Part shown: in pieces, positions 17,163-20,000 of the stretch
How positions within the stretch are numbered: position 1 is the first letter of the stretch
Layout: each line of letters begins with the position of its first letter
Notes under the pieces: generated by a model
What the model saw: the letters and a program-made list of their open reading frames with translations, nothing else
Database searches by the model: none
Told to the model about the DNA's origin: nothing
Program-made: the position numbers and the translations under genes
Assembly: GCA_964637135.1 (NCBI GenBank)
Contig: CAZWTX010000009.1
Coordinates: forward strand, 60,011 to 80,010
Source: an uncultured Methanospirillum sp.
GTDB taxonomy: Archaea; Halobacteriota; Methanomicrobia; Methanomicrobiales; Methanospirillaceae
Direction: 5' to 3'
DNA length: 20,000 bases

Positions 17163-17831
17163 AAGACTCGGTGCCGTGACTACACACCGATCACTGTACC
17201 GGCAGGCGGAACAGGGAGGATCTACCGGTTTGTCAGGGAACGTGCCGTCATGGATACGCCGGGCCTGTTTTACCGCATGAAGGAGAGCCCTTCTATCCCG
17301 CGGTCCGGGCTCGTAATACCGGATTACACCTGACGGAACGTACTCGACATGACCGCCCGGAAGGGTCAACCCGGCCTGTTCGTTCAGGCAGAGAAGGAGG
17401 GCGGTGATTCTGATCCGATCATCAGGCCAGCACCCGGTCTTCGGGGCCGTGCTGCACCGGACATGCGACCATCCGGCGGTTGGATCGTACTTGTCGATCT
17501 GCCCGGTGATACCAAGCCGGTTCGATCTCACGACCATATCCTGAATGACCGGACGGATGAAAGGAGCATTCTCTGCGAGCGGGTACCACTCGTCGAGGAG
17601 ATCGGCAAGATCTGCCCGGGCATCGGGAACGATGATACCGAGTTCGTCCAGGATGGCATCACGGTCCAGGCCCTCCGGGATGCCCGATGCGATCTGGCGG
17701 CAGAGATGGTACCGGGGGGGTATGACAACCGGCTCACTCATGCGGTAGTACAGGTTCCGGGGACACCGGAGCGTCGCGGTAAGGTCTGATACCTGAATGA
17801 ACCGATTCTTTTCCCCCGGTGTTTCGGTCAT
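17133..17831 (-). CDS. solo Dna2/Cas4-like Fe-S protein
   Basis: N-terminal CPR..YY and C-terminal CSACRYSDRC (four Fe-S Cys); SNRLGITGQIDK RecB-like motif II; no cas1 or CRISPR array in the window. Confidence 0.82.
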   Translation of the reverse strand: MTETPGEKNRFIQVSDLTATLRCPRNLYYRMSEPVVIPPRYHLCRQIASGIPEGLDRDAILDELGIIVPDARADLADLLDEWYPLAENAPFIRPVIQDMVVRSNRLGITGQIDKYDPTAGWSHVRCSTAPKTGCWPDDRIRITALLLCLNEQAGLTLPGGHVEYVPSGVIRYYEPGPRDRRALLHAVKQARRIHDGTFPDKPVDPPCSACRYSDRCVVTAPSLSRLFFKQRE

Positions 17832-17862
17832 TTTATGATTGCTCCGGCATAACAGGTGTAAG

Positions 17863-18153
17863 ATGGCAGCAAACGAGATACAGGTGACTATTCCCCCGAA
17901 TGTCGAGCCGGTATACAGTAATATGATCCAGATCGCCTATAAAGAGGATGAGTTTACCTTCATATTTCTCCACCAGATCCCGGGGATCAACCAGGCACGG
18001 GGCAAGGCCGTTGTCAGTATCTCCCCGACCCATGCAAAGAACCTCCTGAATGTCCTCCAGCGGACTGTCGGGGAGTACGAGCAGAAGTTCCGCCCGCTCG
18101 ATGCCCCGGCAGACAAACAGCAGAACGTGACAGCGATGACCGGGTATTCCTGA
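17863..18153 (+). CDS. DUF3467 family protein
   Basis: PVYSN..QI.....EF.F.F, V.ISP.HAK.L..VL...V..YEQKF pattern; ATG at 17863. Confidence 0.82.
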   Translation: MAANEIQVTIPPNVEPVYSNMIQIAYKEDEFTFIFLHQIPGINQARGKAVVSISPTHAKNLLNVLQRTVGEYEQKFRPLDAPADKQQNVTAMTGYS

Positions 18154-18195
18154 TCGAACACTCTTTTTATCAGGAGAGCTGACATATGTAGGCAC

Positions 18196-18267
18196 GCCGT
18201 TGTGGCTTAGCGGCATAGCGGCTGATTCGTAATCAGCAGGTCGAGGGTTCAATTCCCTCCAACGGCT
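18196..18267 (+). tRNA. tRNA-Thr(CGT)
   Basis: Acceptor GCCGTTG/CAACGGC plus discriminator T; anticodon arm GCTGA-TTCGTAA-TCAGC; T arm GAGGG-TTCAATT-CCCTC; TTTTTAT box at 18164-18170. Confidence 0.96.
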
Positions 18268-18299
18268 TACTAATTAATGAATGGGGACATTATAAAGAG

Positions 18300-18307
18300 T
18301 TTTTTTT
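18300..18307 (+). terminator. oligo-T archaeal terminator after tRNA-Thr
   Basis: T8 run about 33 nt downstream of the tRNA. Confidence 0.5.
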
Positions 18308-18318
18308 GAAATCTGTTA

Positions 18319-19596
18319 TTATACCCTATTATGAGATAGAGTTTTTTTATTAGTTTCAACTAGACTCATTAAATCATCATAACTTTTTATTCGTGGATGA
18401 GTTATTATAAATTTTATTAGATCTCTTGAAAAATCAATTAAATCGTAGATCAGAATCGGATTTTCTATTTTATTTATCCCATCATGGACAATATCATTAC
18501 GTTTTTTGTAGGCATCAATTATCATTGAATGAATCCTTTTTTTATCAGTTGGAGAAAAATCAAAAAGTAAACTGGAAATTCCGGCAATTTTTTTCCCCTT
18601 TTCTTTCTCCTCCCTATTAATTAATAAAGATTCGAGAGCAACAATAGTTTTAAGTAATATATGATGGAAATCATCTTCTTCAATTGCTTCGCCTAGCCAA
18701 TAAACTGCTTGTAATTTTTTATTTTCAAAAAATGAGCGATTATCTCCTTTTTTCACCAATTCTTCAATTGCATTAAATTCAAGTTTATAATTCATCATAT
18801 AATGGCGTAATACATCATATCGTATTCTTATACCCGGAATATCACGAGAAAATGATACATACATAGGATCAGGCGTTTCTATCAGCATATACGATGGAGA
18901 ACCAATGATATTCATCCCTTCAAAAAAAATAGGCAGTTCTTTAATGAAATTACAAATAAATTTAATTTTTTTTATAATTTTTGCTGAAATATCTACGACA
19001 TGCACATGATCATATAAATCTAATCCTGAATGAGATATTATCCCTGTACGTCTACCTTCTTCATTGATTTTAATATAACCAATAAATTCTATTGCCTCTG
19101 TTTTTATAACAATAATTGTTTGGAATATGTCCTTTTCTATTGTCAGTTTCTCCTTAATCCTCCCAGACAAATCTGAAGATATTGAATATTCTTTAATAAT
19201 CGAATTAATACTCTCTTCATTATTTGGAATAATTCTCAGCGATTTACATGCGTAATCTATATCTGTTTGAAAATTTCCTACTCGAGTAATAAATAAAAAA
19301 CCTAAAGGGTTTGAAATTTTGTGGAGTAATTCGTGACCATATAAATTTACAAATTGAAACTGATTTAATCCATGACCGTAGGAGTAATAATTGCTGATGT
19401 GTTCTATTTGTTTCTTGATAAAATGAGCTGAAAATAAATCTTTTCCCTTTTTTATTTCAGAATTAACAACAAATTCAGAAGACAAGAATATTGGTACCAT
19501 TTTTTTTATGATATCATCTTTCTTCCATCCCTCCTTACACTCTAATATTTTATGCAATTTGTAAAAGAAATCCTGTTGATTAAAAAAATTAGTCAC
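18319..19596 (-). CDS. HEPN-domain protein (ApeA-like C-terminal HEPN)
   Basis: C-terminus reads LQAVYWLGEA......ILLKTIVALESLL......YKKRNDIVHDG (R-x4-H at 18484-18501); GTG start with upstream GGAG; long ORF in very AT-rich DNA. Confidence 0.85.
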   Translation of the reverse strand: MTNFFNQQDFFYKLHKILECKEGWKKDDIIKKMVPIFLSSEFVVNSEIKKGKDLFSAHFIKKQIEHISNYYSYGHGLNQFQFVNLYGHELLHKISNPLGFLFITRVGNFQTDIDYACKSLRIIPNNEESINSIIKEYSISSDLSGRIKEKLTIEKDIFQTIIVIKTEAIEFIGYIKINEEGRRTGIISHSGLDLYDHVHVVDISAKIIKKIKFICNFIKELPIFFEGMNIIGSPSYMLIETPDPMYVSFSRDIPGIRIRYDVLRHYMMNYKLEFNAIEELVKKGDNRSFFENKKLQAVYWLGEAIEEDDFHHILLKTIVALESLLINREEKEKGKKIAGISSLLFDFSPTDKKRIHSMIIDAYKKRNDIVHDGINKIENPILIYDLIDFSRDLIKFIITHPRIKSYDDLMSLVETNKKTLSHNRV

Positions 19597-19857
19597 AAAT
19601 TATACGCTCCAAGTATTTCGAAAGGAGGTCATTCAATTTAATAAAACTATTGAAGAGGTTATTGCTAATATTTCGATCCATATAAATAGGATAACCTTTA
19701 TAGGGAATGTTTTTTGATCGGGTTCATGCATCGGTATCAGCGATCCATTATCGTGATTTTATAAACTCCCTCGAATCTCTAAAGTTAAAAATTCGATGGA
19801 AGTGGTGATCTTGGCAACCAAAAATACTGAGTGAGTTTATCATGCCCCCAATTTTTC

Positions 19858-19883
19858 TCCGATCCAGCAGAACCTGGATCGGA
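19858..19883. repeat. perfect 10-bp inverted repeat
   Basis: TCCGATCCAG-CAGAAC-CTGGATCGGA. Confidence 0.6.
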
Positions 19884-20000
19884 TACTCCGATTCCCCATC
19901 TCACTCACCCAACCAATCCCACCGCTTTCTGCAGTCTCACCTGTCCGAAATGCCGTACCTCTGGCCAGGTCAGGGTATACGATCTGTTCCAGGGGAGGTA

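Larger units (their letters stand above)
18268..19800. mobile_element. low-GC putative genomic island segment at the tRNA-Thr 3' end
   Basis: Abrupt compositional drop right after the tRNA: two sampled 60-mers are 22% and 38% GC, versus visibly above 50% in the upstream genes. No integrase or att repeat is seen in the window. Confidence 0.55.

Noticed and set aside
329..17789. Numerous alternative-frame and antisense ORFs in the track (e.g. 1341-1910, 6671-7261, 7908-8531, 11183-11767)
   Set aside because: They overlap well-supported genes and lack motifs; expected shadow ORFs in GC-rich coding DNA.
17133..17831. CRISPR-Cas locus
   Set aside because: No repeat-spacer array and no cas1/cas2 or effector genes in the window; this is a solo Cas4-like gene.
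17833..18252. 139-aa minus-strand ORF
   Set aside because: It is an antisense shadow of tRNA-Thr and DUF3467.
16230..19596. Nucleotidyltransferase plus HEPN as an MNT-HEPN toxin-antitoxin pair
   Set aside because: The NTase is 310 aa, has host-like GC and is coupled to tsaC. It is separated from the AT-rich HEPN gene by two genes and a tRNA and is on the opposite strand.

Overview
Archaeal chromosomal segment, most likely from a Methanomicrobiales methanogen (inferred from cofE, archaeal Sec61beta, psmB, aCPSF1, aglJ and archaeal-type promoters). The left part (1-8061) is largely housekeeping: a truncated Zn-ribbon gene, cofE, sec61beta, amidohydrolase, USP, CBS protein, proteasome beta, aCPSF1/FttA, an MFS transporter and a methyltransferase. 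Next come a minus-strand receiver/CheC/PAS-kinase operon whose kinase lacks the phospho-acceptor His, then nikR, DUF99, aglJ and tRNA-Gly(CCC). A loosely packed accessory stretch follows, with an atypical CDF transporter and a small RHH-like gene. After it are an ACT-DUF5612/tsaC/nucleotidyltransferase operon, a solo Cas4-like gene, DUF3467 and tRNA-Thr(CGT). Directly after that tRNA the sequence turns very AT-rich and encodes a 425-aa HEPN (RxxxxH) protein, probably the edge of an integrated island and a candidate defence RNase. No CRISPR array, integrase or clear transposase is visible. Family calls are from motif recognition by eye, not database searches.
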